64,000 bases of DNA, from positions 32,001-96,000 of the IMG/VR virus record IMGVR_UViG_3300027850_000003; one strand, written 5' to 3'. The translations under genes were made by a program, and so were the position numbers. The notes beneath the pieces were generated by a model. The model did no database searches. It was not told the DNA's origin and worked only from the letters and a program-made list of their open reading frames with translations. Each line of letters starts with the position of its first letter. Position 1 is the first letter of the stretch. This DNA comes from a virus. Of the stretch, positions 1-10,296 are shown one piece after another.

Positions 1-207
1 TTCAAATTGTTCTACAGTTATATTGGAAAGTATAACTCTATTTTTTACGTTTTCAAAGTCTTTCTCAAGATTCATTAATCTAATCCTAATACAGTTTTTA
101 AAGCTTGGTTAAGGTAGCTGATATCGTTACTAGATATAGTCTCCACCGATCTGTGGAGTTCAAAATTAACCCCTTCAACGTTTCAGAGCGCACTTCGGCT
201 GAGTTAT

Positions 208-588
208 TTAGCGGAGAATTAAATTGTAATCATTATCAAACAATGGAACAAACTCATCCCAGTAAATTAATGGATCTAGTCTGCCCCATAAAAGCTTCTC
301 CCAATTCTTCTCAGTTCTATAATAATTAATTTCAGAGTAAAATTTAGCTTCTCTCACTGCAAGATTAAAACTAAACTTACAATCTTCTTTCCATTCTTTT
401 ACTTGCTTAGTATTATTGATTCTCCTCATTGCTGTTAATCGCCCTTCAGTAAAATAAGGAGCTTCCAAATATTGAATTTGACATACTTCAGGAATATCTG
501 AATTTGGATATAGCTCTACTAAAGCTAATGTGTTGGAATTGAGTCTTAAGAATCGGTACTTAACTGGTACTATCATAAAAACCTCCAA
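208..588 (-). CDS. hypothetical phage protein
   Basis: ORF in the leftward gene run; real start probably the second Met (GGAGG RBS). Confidence 0.6.
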   Translation of the reverse strand: MEVFMIVPVKYRFLRLNSNTLALVELYPNSDIPEVCQIQYLEAPYFTEGRLTAMRRINNTKQVKEWKEDCKFSFNLAVREAKFYSEINYYRTEKNWEKLLWGRLDPLIYWDEFVPLFDNDYNLILR

Positions 589-610
589 AGAGAAAAGAAA
601 TTTAACGAGA

Positions 611-979
611 CTATACTTTTTCCTTAATTACTCTAATTTTTCCATCAGAACCTAAATAACTAAAAACCTCCCATTGTGAAGTAGAAGAGCAGTTTACCAA
701 TACTCCTAAGTTGTTTAAAACTCTTTCTTCCCAATCAGAGTACAAATCATTAAGAGAAATAGTAAGACTGTCATTAACTGAAATATCACTAACATCCTCT
801 AACGGTGCTACATACACCTTTTCAGTAAAAATAATAGTAATATTGACACTAATATCTTGCTCTATTAGGGGATAAATGTCTCTTGGACTTTCCACTACTG
901 CATCCCATCCTCCTGTTATCCAATGCCCTTGTAGTATCCTAGACTCATCTAAAGCTTTCTGGACATTAATTAAGGTCAT
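611..979 (-). CDS. hypothetical phage protein
   Basis: 122-aa ORF, co-oriented with neighbours. Confidence 0.6.
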   Translation of the reverse strand: MTLINVQKALDESRILQGHWITGGWDAVVESPRDIYPLIEQDISVNITIIFTEKVYVAPLEDVSDISVNDSLTISLNDLYSDWEERVLNNLGVLVNCSSTSQWEVFSYLGSDGKIRVIKEKV

Positions 980-1109
980 AATTTTCTTTGATAGTAAGAG
1001 TGAGCTTTCATTGTTCTAATAATCTGCACATCTAAATAAAAGAATACTCGTACTAATTGTTTCTAACTAATACGAGCAAATTTTATTTTTTTTCTTTAAA
1101 CCTTAAGAG

Positions 1110-1503
1110 CTAAGAACCAAATCCTAACTCAATTGCATTCTCAATAATAGGGAGAAAGTCTAGAGGATACGCAGCAACATGAGCGGTTTGTTGTTTTCCA
1201 CTTTTATCAACATAGCGTTTAATAGCTTGAGCAGGTTTTTTACCAGTTAGATTTCTATATCCTACTGCAATGTCCGGTACACCATTTTCAAAAGTACGCC
1301 GATCGTCCTCAAACCCAAGCTCTGTAAGCATTTCAACTAGCTTTTTTGACATCTGCTGAACGTCCAAATTACTTCGAGAAATACCTAGTAGCTGACACAA
1401 TCCGTATTTTGTAATACTTCCTTTTCCTTCTTTATCTACTGATATTTCTGACCGAATACCTTTAAGCACTTCTACCATTTGAGAATTTAAATTAGAAAGT
1501 CAT
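1110..1503 (-). pseudogene. degenerate antirepressor-like/DNA-binding gene
   Basis: ATG at 1503 reads MTF* and is one base out of frame with ORF 1110-1478; HTH-like GLCQLLGISRSNL segment; looks internally deleted. Confidence 0.4.
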
Positions 1504-1533
1504 TATTTTTATTTGTTTTAATTGTTCTACTTT

Positions 1534-1562
1534 ATTCTAATTGATAACAGCAGATTTGTCAA
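1534..1562 (-). promoter_or_regulatory. sigma70-type promoter
   Basis: TTGACA-17 bp-TAGAAT on the minus strand. Confidence 0.7.
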
Positions 1563-1592
1563 GCAACTTCTAAAAAATACCTATTAAATCTA

Positions 1593-1982
1593 CTACCAAT
1601 CACAATCATCTCTACTACACTTAATACCTTCAGGATTATACTTATTACACTTAGTACAAATATAAAGGTTATTAATAACTTCTAAGGCTTGAGTAGCAGT
1701 AATAGATGCGTTCATTTCACCTTGTTTTAAAGGGATTATTTGTCTATCATCTACTTTATTAATAAATTTTTTTACCCAATCAGGGTTATCTATCGCCTTA
1801 AATATTTTAGTATTCAAAAAATGAGTACACCCAAAATCTAAGGAAAATATATCATCTCTTTTACCTTTAATACAGTTAAAGATAGGGCAACCTACAAGTC
1901 TGCGTTGCTCCCCTACTATCTCATCTTCACTTTTACTTTTCAACCAAGATTTGAACTCGTCTAATGTCAAGGGATAGCTCAT
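1593..1982 (-). CDS. hypothetical protein with C-terminal Cys cluster
   Basis: CTKC...C...C; GAGG RBS. Confidence 0.6.
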   Translation of the reverse strand: MSYPLTLDEFKSWLKSKSEDEIVGEQRRLVGCPIFNCIKGKRDDIFSLDFGCTHFLNTKIFKAIDNPDWVKKFINKVDDRQIIPLKQGEMNASITATQALEVINNLYICTKCNKYNPEGIKCSRDDCDW

Positions 1983-2001
1983 AGTATTTTTCCTCTAAGA
2001 G

Positions 2002-2475
2002 TTAAACGTAAACTTCTATGTCAAATAAGCAATCTTTAAATGTATCTGTAATTACTTCAATAACTTTTTCTCTATTCAATCCGCCTTGTCCACATCCTAT
2101 AAGAGGTACAGCTAACAAAGGAGACGGGTACTCATTATTAGGGAATATACTTATAATATCTATTACTAGCTGGGCTAATCCTTTTTCTATCCAATCTATT
2201 TTTGAGGGCTTCCTCCAATCTTCTTTAGTACAAAAATTAATGATACGTCTATCTCCTTTTAAGTAGTCTTCTACTTTAGGATAATAAAATAATAAATCAC
2301 CTCCTTTAGGACTAGAAGAGGAACAGAAAGACTTATAAAATTTAAAGTTCTCAGGAAATCGTTGTTTCATCTCAAGAGCTAACCCTTTTCCCATAACCCC
2401 TTTAGTATTAACTGGGTTAATTAAATAGTTAGCCGTCGAACTAAATATGTCTTGATCTTTCTTAAATATAATCAT
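2002..2475 (-). CDS. macrodomain protein (ADP-ribose glycohydrolase, Poa1p/DarG-like)
   Basis: NPVNTKGVMGKGLA, INFCTKEDWR and PLIGCGQGGL motifs. Confidence 0.9.
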   Translation of the reverse strand: MIIFKKDQDIFSSTANYLINPVNTKGVMGKGLALEMKQRFPENFKFYKSFCSSSSPKGGDLLFYYPKVEDYLKGDRRIINFCTKEDWRKPSKIDWIEKGLAQLVIDIISIFPNNEYPSPLLAVPLIGCGQGGLNREKVIEVITDTFKDCLFDIEVYV

Positions 2476-2743
2476 AGAAGTAATCCTCCATTAATTCTTT
2501 AGTAGTTATCTCGTTTACAAGACTCTCAATTTTATAACTTCCTGCTTTACTATCCTTGCTTATGAAGTTACTAGGATTATTCTTAAACAATCTATTATTA
2601 AGAGCTTGAGTCCCATTTTTGTATAACATATCAAGGGATAAGTTTTTCCCGGTCTCTACTCCTAATAGTGGTCTGTTTCTCTTAAGACTTTTGATTGTCT
2701 CGGAGATTTTATTGATTCTTTTTTCTGGTACTTTATGTCTCAT
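2462..2743 (-). CDS. hypothetical protein
   Basis: ORF with AGGAG RBS. Confidence 0.6.
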   Translation of the reverse strand: MRHKVPEKRINKISETIKSLKRNRPLLGVETGKNLSLDMLYKNGTQALNNRLFKNNPSNFISKDSKAGSYKIESLVNEITTKELMEDYFYDYI

Positions 2744-2795
2744 GAGTTTTCTCCTAGAGTTTAGTAGCTAAAGTGTCAATTAATTAGATATAGTC

Positions 2796-2966
2796 TCAAT
2801 GATTGTAAGGGTAAAGTTGATTAACTAATAGGAGTAAAATTGCGCCTACCAATATTTGAGATAAACTACTAATCGAATAATTTCTAATGATAGAGTTAAT
2901 GGTTCTATCACTTATTCCAAAAGTTAATAAAAATACAACTAACCACCAGCATTGAAGCTTACTCAT
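2796..2966 (-). CDS. small membrane protein (not in ORF track)
   Basis: 56 aa MSKLQCWWLVVFLLTFG...LVGAILLLLVNQLYPYNH; two hydrophobic segments; overlaps the upstream stop. Confidence 0.5.
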   Translation of the reverse strand: MSKLQCWWLVVFLLTFGISDRTINSIIRNYSISSLSQILVGAILLLLVNQLYPYNH

Positions 2967-3270
2967 ACAAACCTACTTTATTAGGAAAGATTATTTCTAA
3001 TTGATTATATAAATTTTTTGCTACTTCTTCTATTGCTACTGTTCTAGAAAGTTCAAAATTCCAATCTTGTAGATGTTTGCTATTCTCTGCTAAAAAAGTG
3101 CCTTCTACTTCCCAACTATATTCCCACAAAAATTTTGCTAAGAGATTAAGCTCCTCTTTAGTAAGTCTTAGCTTCCCTCCTATAGATACTTGGATATAAT
3201 ATTCTTCAAGTTGAATATCGTCATGAATCTTAATTAATATTTTGTTGTACTTATCCATAAGATTATTCAT
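2959..3270 (-). CDS. hypothetical protein
   Basis: Overlap-coupled to the RuvC-like gene. Confidence 0.6.
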   Translation of the reverse strand: MNNLMDKYNKILIKIHDDIQLEEYYIQVSIGGKLRLTKEELNLLAKFLWEYSWEVEGTFLAENSKHLQDWNFELSRTVAIEEVAKNLYNQLEIIFPNKVGLYE

Positions 3271-3724
3271 CTTTAGTATCCACTAAATAAAGACCAATCG
3301 CATCAATAGTATCTAACTCTTTTTTAGGAATTTTAGATACATCCATTTTTTTAGCTACCCAAAACCTAACCTCATCTTTACTAGCATTTCCTTTTCCGGT
3401 TAACCTAAGTTTCATAGTCTTGGGGGAAATAGTTCGATAAATAGAATTAGTTAGGTAACATTCAAGCTCTACTATACCAACTACCTTAGATAGATTAGAA
3501 CCATTAAGTCCAGCTAATACGGGTAATTCAACTAAACAATCTTCTATCTTATGTTCAGAAAACAGATTAGATAGAAAAACCTTAATAGAATTTAATCTTT
3601 CACCATTACTTTCTTTAGGAGTAGTAGTGAATGTTCCGTATTTGATTAGTTCGTTATTACTGGATATTGCCCAACCTAATCGAGTAAATCCTATATCGAG
3701 GTAAATATTTGAGATATCAGTCAT
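3263..3724 (-). CDS. ruvC: RuvC-like Holliday junction resolvase
   Basis: LDIGFTRLGWAI, VE, SPKTMKLRLTGKGNASKDEV and DTIDAIG motifs. Confidence 0.9.
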   Translation of the reverse strand: MTDISNIYLDIGFTRLGWAISSNNELIKYGTFTTTPKESNGERLNSIKVFLSNLFSEHKIEDCLVELPVLAGLNGSNLSKVVGIVELECYLTNSIYRTISPKTMKLRLTGKGNASKDEVRFWVAKKMDVSKIPKKELDTIDAIGLYLVDTKDE

Positions 3725-3824
3725 GCTACAACCTTTTTTCTTATCATAGCATGACTTAAAAATCTACTAGCTATCACTTAAATGAAACAGACTGTAAACC
3801 TGTTATTGTCGTTAAGGTTTACTA

Positions 3825-4478
3825 TTAGAAATGGAACTCTCTTTCAAACTTTTCTCCTGTCTTTAAGTTCATTACTCTTTTAATTTTTGGTTTAGTTTTT
3901 TGTTTGCTAATAAGGGTAACTTCCATTGTTTCCCTATAAACACATTTAGGTACTTCCTCAAAAAAGAGTCTGTTTTTACCTCTACCTAGATATTCATTAG
4001 ACTTTATGGTATAAGTTCCTTTGCATCCTGGAAAAACTACTACATCCCCTGTTTCTAAATTTCTTACTAATTTAGTCTCAGGAAATTCTTCAACCTTAGA
4101 CTCTACTGAACTCATCTTCCTCTCAAAATATAGCTTTTTTACATCATTGAGACTAATATCGAAAACCCCATAGAACAGAGCATGAGCCTCAACTAACTGC
4201 TGTCTTAGTTCAAGCGGACTCCAATCATTCTTCTCTTCTTTTCCTGCTAAGTCATCAAGATAAACACAAAGTTGGTCTAACATATTATCCTCTTTTTTAC
4301 TACCTAAATATGTGAATTGCTCTGTATCACCATAAAGCCTAGAAGCATTCATACCTTCATAATAAATTTCAGTTGCTGCATCTGCATACATCTTCACGCT
4401 CCTTACTGTACAAACACTTTTACTATATGGAGGATTTACTACATCTCCTACTTTCAATTCACTAGCTCTTATAGTCAT
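3825..4478 (-). CDS. hypothetical protein with two internal SH3-like repeats
   Basis: IRASELKVGDVV / LVRNLETGDVV duplication. Confidence 0.6.
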   Translation of the reverse strand: MTIRASELKVGDVVNPPYSKSVCTVRSVKMYADAATEIYYEGMNASRLYGDTEQFTYLGSKKEDNMLDQLCVYLDDLAGKEEKNDWSPLELRQQLVEAHALFYGVFDISLNDVKKLYFERKMSSVESKVEEFPETKLVRNLETGDVVVFPGCKGTYTIKSNEYLGRGKNRLFFEEVPKCVYRETMEVTLISKQKTKPKIKRVMNLKTGEKFEREFHF

Positions 4479-4533
4479 TGTGATTTCTCCTAAGTAAATT
4501 GGTAATAGTTTAACGTCATTACGGACAAAGAAC

Positions 4534-5649
4534 TTACTTTTTGCTATCGTAATGTTGATTCATTACTTTACAACTAAGATTATTACTATCTAACGTTCTT
4601 ACTATTATACCTTCCACTGCCCAGTTATCATTTATCTCATAATCATTAAAAATACCTTCAGCAATTTCTACTAAATGATTGTAGTCTTTAGGGAAAATTT
4701 GAGTATAAGTGACGTACTCTAGTTCTAATTCTTTACAGATGGATTCTACTTCTTTAGGTAGTAGTTTAGTAGCATAGCCACCACTTAAATCTAAATCATC
4801 TATTCCAAATATTGATAATCCTGATTTTAGTTTAGAGTGTGGATTTTGTTTATTACCAGAACCTTTAGTTACTTCCGACCCATATATCTCACCTCTAAAA
4901 GCTAACTGTCTGTTATACCTTAAGGCTTTTTCGTATAGCCCTGTAGAATGTGCAAGTTTGACCCATCTATCTTCATTACTTGGATTATCTGCATCTTTCT
5001 TTTCTAATACTCTACTGCACACACCTACTGTTAGCCCACTTTCTTTCTCTTTAACATACAGAGAAAAACTAGAACCATCTATCTTTAAGGAATAACCAAT
5101 AGACTCCCCCGATTCAATAAGCCTATTAATATAAGATTTGAGATTTGCGCTGTTTTCTTCGTCAGTTTTATATAGAAATCCTGGTAGATTACCTTTAGTA
5201 TTACCAGTACCAAATTTTTCAGGTTCTTCATACTTAGTAATATTTAAAAACTCAGCTAAGTCATTCACATCTTCAGGAATATCTACTTCATTTTCAGGTA
5301 AAAGAATACCATTTGAATAAATAACGTCGCTACTATTCTCCTTAGTAAAGTTAAATTTAATAGCTCTAATCCTATTATTTCTGCCTAGTTTAGATTTTTT
5401 AGGATCACCATTAGGAGTTATAAAGCTACTAAATAGTTTCGTATCAGGAACACAGTAGTCAGGTTGAATATATAGCGCTTTATCTCCAATCTGATATAAA
5501 TCTTTTTGAGACACTACATTGAACCCACATTCCTCCCCATTAAGGAATGAGAAATTAATTAGTTCTATATTTGTAGCTTCTTCTCCCGTTCCTTTCTTAA
5601 TTAGTGGGTATTTAACAGTGATAGTTACAATTTCTACTGGATTAATCAT
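4534..5649 (-). CDS. RNA ligase (Rnl2/DRB0094-like)
   Basis: KIDGSS (motif I), FRGEIYG, FGI, VEGIIVR and SCKVMN motifs. Confidence 0.9.
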   Translation of the reverse strand: MINPVEIVTITVKYPLIKKGTGEEATNIELINFSFLNGEECGFNVVSQKDLYQIGDKALYIQPDYCVPDTKLFSSFITPNGDPKKSKLGRNNRIRAIKFNFTKENSSDVIYSNGILLPENEVDIPEDVNDLAEFLNITKYEEPEKFGTGNTKGNLPGFLYKTDEENSANLKSYINRLIESGESIGYSLKIDGSSFSLYVKEKESGLTVGVCSRVLEKKDADNPSNEDRWVKLAHSTGLYEKALRYNRQLAFRGEIYGSEVTKGSGNKQNPHSKLKSGLSIFGIDDLDLSGGYATKLLPKEVESICKELELEYVTYTQIFPKDYNHLVEIAEGIFNDYEINDNWAVEGIIVRTLDSNNLSCKVMNQHYDSKK

Positions 5650-5933
5650 TTTTTGTACTCAGTTCTTAATCTAAAAAACTCTTCTAACTCCTCAATATAA
5701 TTCACTACACTAAACAAGAATAATGAATTAAGAGCCTCATCTTCTCCATGTCTGTCTTCTGATAACTTCCATGCTAAACATATAGTAGCTAATGAAACAT
5801 CTCGGTATAATAGATCATCATAAAATCTAACTTTGAGTTTATCAATTAGTCCTGCTTTCTTCTCTAGTGGAGTAGGTTCTTCTAAATCAACTTCATAAGC
5901 ACCCGACTCGATTAAGTCTTTTACTGTCAACAT
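5646..5933 (-). CDS. hypothetical protein
   Basis: ATGA-coupled to the ligase gene. Confidence 0.6.
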   Translation of the reverse strand: MLTVKDLIESGAYEVDLEEPTPLEKKAGLIDKLKVRFYDDLLYRDVSLATICLAWKLSEDRHGEDEALNSLFLFSVVNYIEELEEFFRLRTEYKK

Positions 5934-6232
5934 AATAGTAAATTAAGAATTGAATAGTTTATTTCAAGGTAACTCTGAAGAAATTACTTTAGCATTGTCT
6001 TTGTTGGTGGTGGCTTCTAAAAGCTTAAAAACCTTACCAGTAAAGAGTTGTAGATTTTTAAGTAGCTCTCTATTGGTAGGCTCGTTAACTCGGAGTAATT
6101 AAACTACCCCCCCACGTAAATCTGATGGTAATTTTTTTTCTATTATTGGCATCCTATAAACGAGTAAAACTCTTACCTACAGAAGGTTCTAGACTTTTAA
6201 ATATACTTTTATTGGCAGGGCTTCAAGTCGTT

Positions 6233-7114
6233 TTAATCTTCTTCTTCAAAAACATTGTCTACTGACTCGCTTAGCTTTAAAAGTTCATCTACCTCTTCTT
6301 CTTCTTCTTCTTCTGAGTAATCATTTGACTCCACTACTCTTTCCTCAATAAAACTATTGCCTACTATAATAGGAAATTCAATAATATTTATAGTTAGAGT
6401 CTTATTACAAGAGATAACTGAGTAATTAAAATCTCCGTAGTCATCGTAATACCCATAAGTAGCGTGAAGAATCCTATAAAAAGAGTCTTGAGAGTTATAT
6501 TTAATTGATATAGGTATATTGAAAGGTTCAGTATCCTCAGCACTGTTTACATCTATTTTCTCTACAAACTCTAATATAGTTTTATCTAGTTCTTGTAAAT
6601 CTCTTAAGGGTAATTCTAAGATATACTTCTTAGCTACTGGTTTCTCTTTCTTTTGTCTTTTCTTAGGGGTGGGTTTTTCAGTTTCTTCTATATCAATATT
6701 CTTGATAGGTTTAGAGATAGTATCTTCAAAAATTATATGAAGTTTATCTATAAATATGTTAAGTTCAATAGGAGCTTTTTTAGCACTTAATACTCTCAGG
6801 AAATCTATAGTAGCTAATGGTAATTCTTTTGTTACCTCTATAGGTTGAAATTTACACCTAAGAGTAATAGAAATAAGTGCTGAATCTAGCAAGTAATATA
6901 GCTCACACTCACTATTTTTTACTTCAATCGCACAAGCCTTAAGAGATTTATTAATACCTAAATCATCTAGTCGGAAGAATTCTTTATAATCTCTAGGGTC
7001 TAAGAGTTCAACAATGCTGTTATCAGGAGTCTCATTACCTAATAGATAGTCTGTAACTTGACCTACTTCTAATTCTTCAATCTTCTTAGTTATGGATTCC
7101 AGTACAGTAGCCAT
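6233..7114 (-). CDS. hypothetical protein with acidic C-terminal tail
   Basis: 293-aa ORF with poly-Glu tail. Confidence 0.7.
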   Translation of the reverse strand: MATVLESITKKIEELEVGQVTDYLLGNETPDNSIVELLDPRDYKEFFRLDDLGINKSLKACAIEVKNSECELYYLLDSALISITLRCKFQPIEVTKELPLATIDFLRVLSAKKAPIELNIFIDKLHIIFEDTISKPIKNIDIEETEKPTPKKRQKKEKPVAKKYILELPLRDLQELDKTILEFVEKIDVNSAEDTEPFNIPISIKYNSQDSFYRILHATYGYYDDYGDFNYSVISCNKTLTINIIEFPIIVGNSFIEERVVESNDYSEEEEEEEVDELLKLSESVDNVFEEED

Positions 7115-7115
7115 A

Positions 7116-7535
7116 TTAGCAGATTATAAATTTACTGACGTGTTCAAAATTAATATCAACTTTACTTAGAACTAATTTTTGATATTTAACAGGAAGTTCT
7201 GAATAATCTCTAGTCCTAATAATCGCACTAAGAAGATTAAAAGGAAAAAATAAGTGCTTTGTAGGTTGCTGAGTAGCTTTAAATTTTTCATCTTCAAAAT
7301 AGAGTTTAATATAACTTTCAAACGTAACTTTCCATTCTAGTTCTATTCCCTCTTTCATAATATATTGCCAAATCATCTTATCAATTTGAACAAACACGAA
7401 CCTAGTAAGAATATCTTCAGGTAAAAAGTCAGCAGTTAAATTTATGCAAGTACCTGTTTTAGCGAATACTCTTTGATTAGGAGTTAAAAATTGCCAGAGC
7501 TGTCTATCTTGTTTAGTTTTTAGTTTTAGACTCAT
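7116..7535 (-). CDS. hypothetical protein
   Basis: ORF in operon. Confidence 0.6.
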   Translation of the reverse strand: MSLKLKTKQDRQLWQFLTPNQRVFAKTGTCINLTADFLPEDILTRFVFVQIDKMIWQYIMKEGIELEWKVTFESYIKLYFEDEKFKATQQPTKHLFFPFNLLSAIIRTRDYSELPVKYQKLVLSKVDINFEHVSKFIIC

Positions 7536-8220
7536 TTTTTCCGATAATTAGTGACCAACCTTTGTGACTTTTTTGCTTACCTATAACTAAAGTAGAAACC
7601 CCAGCAGCAGCTAAATTAAACTTAGTTACAAATTCACATTGTAAGAGAGTATGTGTTCCATGTTCTTTATGGGTAAGCGTCACACTATTACCTCTATTAT
7701 TTATGTTAAGTACATTGCTACATTTATTTTCTGCTAGTACCCAATCTCCAACTCTGTTTCGTTTTTTACTAACTAAATCACATACACGATCTAGTTCTGG
7801 ATATTTTATTCTCAGTTCTAATCTGGTTCCAGTAACTACTCCGTATTTAGGGTTATACAAGTTAACAATTTCAGGGTTATATGTTAGATTATTTTCCCCA
7901 TCTATTCCACCTCCTTTGGCTGTATTATACCCTTTAGCAGTATTACAAGTGTCTAAATCAGCGATAAAAAATCTTTCATATTCGTATACCTTTTCATGTT
8001 CAACTTTTGCTAAAATATACCATTGCCAACTCTCAGGAGGATAAAATTTAAGTGCATTAGCAAAATGATGGGAGTATTTTACAGTATTTTTGAAATGATC
8101 TTTTTTTCTAATTGCTAAAGTTCTAGTCGTAAATCCAATATATTTCTTGCCACTAATACTATTTTCAGCACAGTAGATAGTAGCTAAAGGTTTTCTAGTA
8201 TCAGTAGCAAGAGAAGACAT
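7513..8220 (-). CDS. GIY-YIG homing endonuclease
   Basis: TIYCAENSISGKKYIGFT..R, E, GYN motifs; repeated C-terminal DNA-binding units. Confidence 0.85.
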   Translation of the reverse strand: MSSLATDTRKPLATIYCAENSISGKKYIGFTTRTLAIRKKDHFKNTVKYSHHFANALKFYPPESWQWYILAKVEHEKVYEYERFFIADLDTCNTAKGYNTAKGGGIDGENNLTYNPEIVNLYNPKYGVVTGTRLELRIKYPELDRVCDLVSKKRNRVGDWVLAENKCSNVLNINNRGNSVTLTHKEHGTHTLLQCEFVTKFNLAAAGVSTLVIGKQKSHKGWSLIIGKNESKTKN

Positions 8221-8233
8221 AAGACTTAACTCC

Positions 8234-8788
8234 TTAGATAAATTTAATTAACTGATTAACTAGAGATTCATTCTCTCTATCGTATCTTTGAGATTGATTA
8301 TTGATTACTATTCCGTCACTATTTGGTTTGAGGTAGGACTCATAATTAGATTCAGAATCTGCTTTACTATTATTTATTAAATCACTTTGAACGTACAGAG
8401 ACTTATAGTTGACTGTATAATCTTTAAAACATCTACCTAATTTTTTAAAATATAAGGACTCATACGGGTAGCGACAATCTGACACCACTATTTTAGTATT
8501 TTTAGGTAGGTTAAAAAGAATCTGATTATAAACATATTTACAGTGAATATAAATATCTACTTCTTTCATCTTTTCTCCCAACTCAATTAGGTAAGGTCTA
8601 GCGACTTCTTTTCTTTCCCTCTCCTCTAATTGCTTTAAAGTAATACCATGAATAAGACAGTAGTTTAACTTAATCAATCCTGCTAATTTCAAGTGAAGAT
8701 ATCCAAATCGTTCTTCTAGAATCTTAGCAATATGGTCTTTCCCAGACCCAATAAAGCCTGACAATGCTAGAATTTTTATTTCTTTCAT
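8234..8788 (-). CDS. deoxynucleoside monophosphate kinase
   Basis: SGFIGSGKD P-loop, RPYLIELG, VSDCRYPYE and SE motifs. Confidence 0.85.
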   Translation of the reverse strand: MKEIKILALSGFIGSGKDHIAKILEERFGYLHLKLAGLIKLNYCLIHGITLKQLEERERKEVARPYLIELGEKMKEVDIYIHCKYVYNQILFNLPKNTKIVVSDCRYPYESLYFKKLGRCFKDYTVNYKSLYVQSDLINNSKADSESNYESYLKPNSDGIVINNQSQRYDRENESLVNQLIKFI

Positions 8789-8845
8789 CTTTTCTCTTTT
8801 TTATTAACTACTAAAAAGGGAGATAAGAACTACCTCCCAATATTT

Positions 8846-9145
8846 CTAATACAATTCTTTCTCTAGTTCTAACTGTTCTTTAGCCGTAGTACAATTAGAT
8901 AGCCACTCTTCATTTTGTCTTCTCAATTCCTCTAAATTTAAATTCTTTGGGAATCCATAAAGGAAATATTGAGTCTCTGAAATAACTTGTTTACCTACAT
9001 CTTCTAACTTCCAAGAATGTGTATTAGAGTAAGGGGAATGCAGTAGATGACAATGACTTGCCACAGAATAATAGCGACAACCAAAGCAACTTTCAGTTAG
9101 TTTTGTAGCAAATGGGCATTGAATAGACTCACAGATATTAATCAT
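8846..9145 (-). CDS. Cys/His-rich hypothetical protein
   Basis: CxxxxC, CxxC and HCH. Confidence 0.6.
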   Translation of the reverse strand: MINICESIQCPFATKLTESCFGCRYYSVASHCHLLHSPYSNTHSWKLEDVGKQVISETQYFLYGFPKNLNLEELRRQNEEWLSNCTTAKEQLELEKELY

Positions 9146-9207
9146 TTTTTCTCCTTAGTTAATTGAGTTAGTAGTTAGTTACTTCCTACTAATTAAACTA
9201 TTAGCTC

Positions 9208-9414
9208 TTACTTAGAACTGGAACCAGGATATGAGCGGAACAAAGCGGAACATAAGATAACTAGCCAACAGGCTTGCCAAAAGTCAATTACAGTAAGTCC
9301 AAAAATCACAGGAATCACTGCATTCCAGGCTACCATCACAATCAAACCTGATAGAAAAGATAGAAGAATTAAACCAATGACAAGTTCGAGAAATGTCCAA
9401 GTTGTTGAATTCAT
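9208..9414 (-). CDS. small membrane protein
   Basis: Hydrophobic; WN..P..FGL..I.FWQA pattern common in phages. Confidence 0.7.
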   Translation of the reverse strand: MNSTTWTFLELVIGLILLSFLSGLIVMVAWNAVIPVIFGLTVIDFWQACWLVILCSALFRSYPGSSSK

Positions 9415-9545
9415 GTGTTTTTTCTTGTAATTTTTCTAGTTTTATGACATCTCGGTCAAAAATCTATTTCTTTGAAGTCTTACAACGTAGAATTTTCCGA
9501 AGCCATTTAATAGGAATAGCTACAAAAACGTACAGAAACTCTCGT

Positions 9546-9887
9546 CTACTCATTTTCTTCTATCTCACAACTATAAGGATAAAATTCAATTGATTCAGTA
9601 ATATTATTATCTGAAACTTCTAAAGTATTAATCCAAGGAAGATTACTTTTAATACCTCTATTTTTCTGATAAATAATAGCCTTAGTAACTTCTTTAGGAT
9701 TAGGTACTTGATCTAAAAAACTAAGAGAAAGAATATAACTCCAAAAAATAAAGAAATTATGATCCAAAACTAAGTTATAAGTGTTCTCCCAAGCTATTCC
9801 TCCTGACTCAATTGAATTATTAGAAATCAAGTCTAGTGGAAATACTCTTTTTTTACTTCCTACTATAAATTCAATTTTCATTTTCAT
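9546..9887 (-). CDS. hypothetical protein
   Basis: ORF in operon. Confidence 0.55.
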   Translation of the reverse strand: MKMKIEFIVGSKKRVFPLDLISNNSIESGGIAWENTYNLVLDHNFFIFWSYILSLSFLDQVPNPKEVTKAIIYQKNRGIKSNLPWINTLEVSDNNITESIEFYPYSCEIEENE

Positions 9888-10250
9888 CTAAAACACTTGA
9901 AATATAACACTGCTATCTGTAAAGCCTACTATGGAAGTTCTATCTTCTAAATAGTCTTGTAATATCTCTTTTAGCTCCTTCTCTTCAATATCCTCCCAAT
10001 TAATTACCTCATCATTATAAACAAAATCATTAATATCTAAACTATATTCCTCAATAAACTCGTCAAAAATTAGTTCATTGAAATCACAACAAAAGCCAAT
10101 AACATCTAGCTCTATTTCTTCCCCTATATCTTCTTCCAAATATTCTAAATAATCAAAAAGTAATCGTAAACCAGAAGGACTAAAATTATCTTCTCGATTG
10201 TAATCTTTAAATTCTTTAATAAAATCATCTACATCAACTGTCTTTTTCAT
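9888..10250 (-). CDS. highly acidic phage protein
   Basis: FS..GL..LFDYLE...IELDVIGFCCDF; D/E-rich. Confidence 0.7.
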   Translation of the reverse strand: MKKTVDVDDFIKEFKDYNREDNFSPSGLRLLFDYLEYLEEDIGEEIELDVIGFCCDFNELIFDEFIEEYSLDINDFVYNDEVINWEDIEEKELKEILQDYLEDRTSIVGFTDSSVIFQVF

Positions 10251-10296
10251 AAATTCTCCTTACCATCTAAGAGCTAAAGAATAAAGTCTAAAGAGA

